IMG/VR virus record: IMGVR_UViG_3300048837_000795
Span: 1,424-65,423 of that record
Reading direction: 5' to 3' (one strand)
Length of the DNA: 64,000 nucleotides
DNA from: a virus
Lineage: Duplodnaviria; Caudoviricetes
Below the pieces are notes generated by a model. The model saw only the letters and a program-made list of their open reading frames with translations, was not told where the DNA came from and did not search any database. Made by a program: the position numbers and the translations under genes. This document shows positions 63,690 through 64,000 of this stretch, in pieces. How positions within the stretch are numbered: the stretch's first letter is position 1; each line of letters starts with the position of its first letter.

Positions 63690-63803
63690 AAGCATCACCC
63701 CGGCGAATAAATCACCGGGGTGAGCTCAGGAGAACATCATGTCGCCAAAGTCTTCAGCAGCCAGCAGAAGAAGGGGGAACCAGAACCAAAAACAGTATAA
63801 CGC
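63690..63803 (-). ncRNA. Candidate short RNA: late promoter motif to terminator, with anti-SD tracts
   Basis: GCGTTATACT (63794-63803); TTCCCCCTT and GTTCTCCTGA; hairpin TCACCCCGG..CCGGGGTGA. Confidence 0.4.
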
Positions 63804-63816
63804 GGATTTTAGCCTT

Positions 63817-64000
63817 TCATGCAGCCGGCGGGCGAACCTTGCCGTTGCCGTTTGTCGTGGTGATCACGCGGTCGACGTACTGGCGCGAAACACCAACGGT
63901 TTTTGCAAGTTGCGTTTTGGTTGCGTCTGGTTGCGTTTCGTGCAACTCAAGGATGCGCTCGCGGTTGCTCTTTTGCTGTTCCGGTTGCGTTGGTTGGGCA
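63817..64000 (-). CDS. Partial protein with C-terminal winged HTH (start beyond the window)
   Basis: Hand translation ..NRERILELHETQPDATKTQLAKTVGVSRQYVDRVI.. Confidence 0.65.
   Translation of the reverse strand, partial: AQPTQPEQQKSNRERILELHETQPDATKTQLAKTVGVSRQYVDRVITTTNGNGKVRPPAA

Noticed and set aside
1-64000. Genome-wide stop-codon reassignment
   Set aside because: TGA, TAG and TAA all end coherent genes and coding density is high in code 11; only one in-frame TGA was found

Overview
The window is most of the genome of a temperate tailed phage, probably siphovirus-like. Phage genes flank a tRNA-Lys(CTT) fragment beside the integrase, so this looks like the excised or virion (attP) form. 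The host is not provable from sequence; an anaerobe such as Chloroflexota/Anaerolineae is only a guess. Layout: 1-6.8 kb (-) replication initiator, DnaC-like loader, nuclease and an FtsK/TraB-like ATPase with a membrane partner; 6.8-8.9 kb integrase, attP, HTH repressor and a divergent sigma70 switch; 8.9-33.2 kb (+) early/middle genes (two sigma factors, DdrB-like protein, NrdG-like radical SAM, SNF2-methyltransferase fusion, PAPS-reductase-like, Mom-like, Ycf46-like AAA/DUF1257/DUF2997); 33.2-64 kb (-) lysis and virion genes. Non-coding signals read directly from the DNA: (1) nine 28-bp 11-6-11 inverted-repeat sites across the genome; (2) a ~10-bp-period CCTGTGMGG array just downstream of the FtsK-like gene; (3) nine copies of a 29-bp CTTAA-N15-CCGGTTWTA putative middle promoter; (4) eight GCGTTATAMT putative late promoters, six followed by terminators; (5) a morphogenesis gene missed by the ORF track with an in-frame TGA at codon 3 and a SECIS-like hairpin (candidate selenoprotein); (6) a 72-nt tRNA-like cloverleaf with CUA in the anticodon loop. 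All protein calls come from motif recognition, not database searches.
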